Shown here: positions 63,515 to 64,000 of the stretch, piece after piece | Position numbering within the stretch: position 1 is the first letter of the stretch | Layout: every line of letters begins with the position of its first letter | From: Minisyncoccota bacterium | GTDB lineage: Bacteria; Patescibacteriota; Minisyncoccia; Phycocordibacterales; UBA2100 | DNA: 64,000 nt | Reading direction: 5' to 3' | Assembly (NCBI GenBank): GCA_035708165.1 | Contig: DASSSZ010000005.1 | Location: 112,840 to 176,839, forward strand | The notes under the pieces: model-generated | The model's database searches: none | Told to the model about the DNA's origin: nothing | The model's input: the letters and a program-made list of their open reading frames with translations, nothing else | Translations under genes and position numbers: made by a program

Positions 63515-64000
63515 ATGAAGCTCAAGCGTTATCAAACAAACGCAATAGAAACGCTGGATCAATTCCTGGATCTCGTCAGGAAGATGAAGCCGCGGCATGC
63601 CTTCAATGAGATAACGGAGCAGGTCTACAACCATGAGTGGTTCGGGGACGTACCTTTTGTGTGTATTCGTATCCCCACGGGCGGCGGAAAAACGTTCGTT
63701 GGCTGCAAGGCAGTCGAACGGATCATGAGCACAGTCCTCCAGAACAAGATGGACACCGGCATTGTGATGTGGTTCGTACCATCAGACTCCATCAAGACTC
63801 AAACGTTGAAGAAGTTCCGAGATCCTAAAGATGCCCACTACCAAGCGCTGAACGAAGCATTCGGGACGAAGTTCAAAGTCTTTTCAAATGAAGAGGCTTT
63901 GACAATTTCGCCGGAGGACGTGACGAATAATCTCTGCGTTATCGTCGCCAGTCTCGATGCATTCAGGAAAGACGCGTCTATTCAGAAAAAGTACAAGGTC
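63515..64000 (+). CDS. res: Type III restriction endonuclease/helicase Res (3'-truncated by window)
   Basis: MKLKRYQ..A Q-motif, IPTGGGKT Walker A; frame open to window end; follows mod. Confidence 0.85.
   Translation, partial: MKLKRYQTNAIETLDQFLDLVRKMKPRHAFNEITEQVYNHEWFGDVPFVCIRIPTGGGKTFVGCKAVERIMSTVLQNKMDTGIVMWFVPSDSIKTQTLKKFRDPKDAHYQALNEAFGTKFKVFSNEEALTISPEDVTNNLCVIVASLDAFRKDASIQKKYKV

Larger units (their letters stand above)
57641..64000. mobile_element. Lower-GC genomic island starting at the tRNA-Gln 3' end (right end outside window)
   Basis: Abrupt visible shift to AT-richer sequence after the tRNA; recombinase and defence genes. Confidence 0.8.

Overview
High-GC chromosomal segment that I infer belongs to a Patescibacteria/CPR (Parcubacteria-like) bacterium, based on gene content and style; no database was searched. 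The backbone holds ftsH (3' part), recG, a PIF1-like helicase, comF, a full type IV pilus cluster, ligA, gatCA, queA/tgt, a glycoside hydrolase/PGI-PMI/ROK operon, prfB, ftsEX, a VirD4-like ATPase and 8 tRNA genes. The standout is 7544-19011, an F1-like ATPase cluster (b-, delta-, alpha-, gamma-, beta-, epsilon-like genes) with no subunit a. Its first gene is a secreted phage-chaperone-like domain fused to a subunit-c-like hairpin lacking the ion-binding carboxylate, and a ~1780-aa tail-fibre-like adhesin gene follows the cluster. This suggests an ion-uncoupled, ATP-driven surface rotor or export motor. Other notable items: small structured elements that carry inverted and direct copies of the 3' end of the adjacent tRNA, a tRNA-Ile(UAU), recurrent A31.C39 anticodon-stem mismatches, pervasive leaderless-type promoters, two small genes missing from the ORF track, and a lower-GC defence island at tRNA-Gln (PHP-ATPase, serine recombinase, type III R-M). 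All family assignments come from motif recognition by eye.
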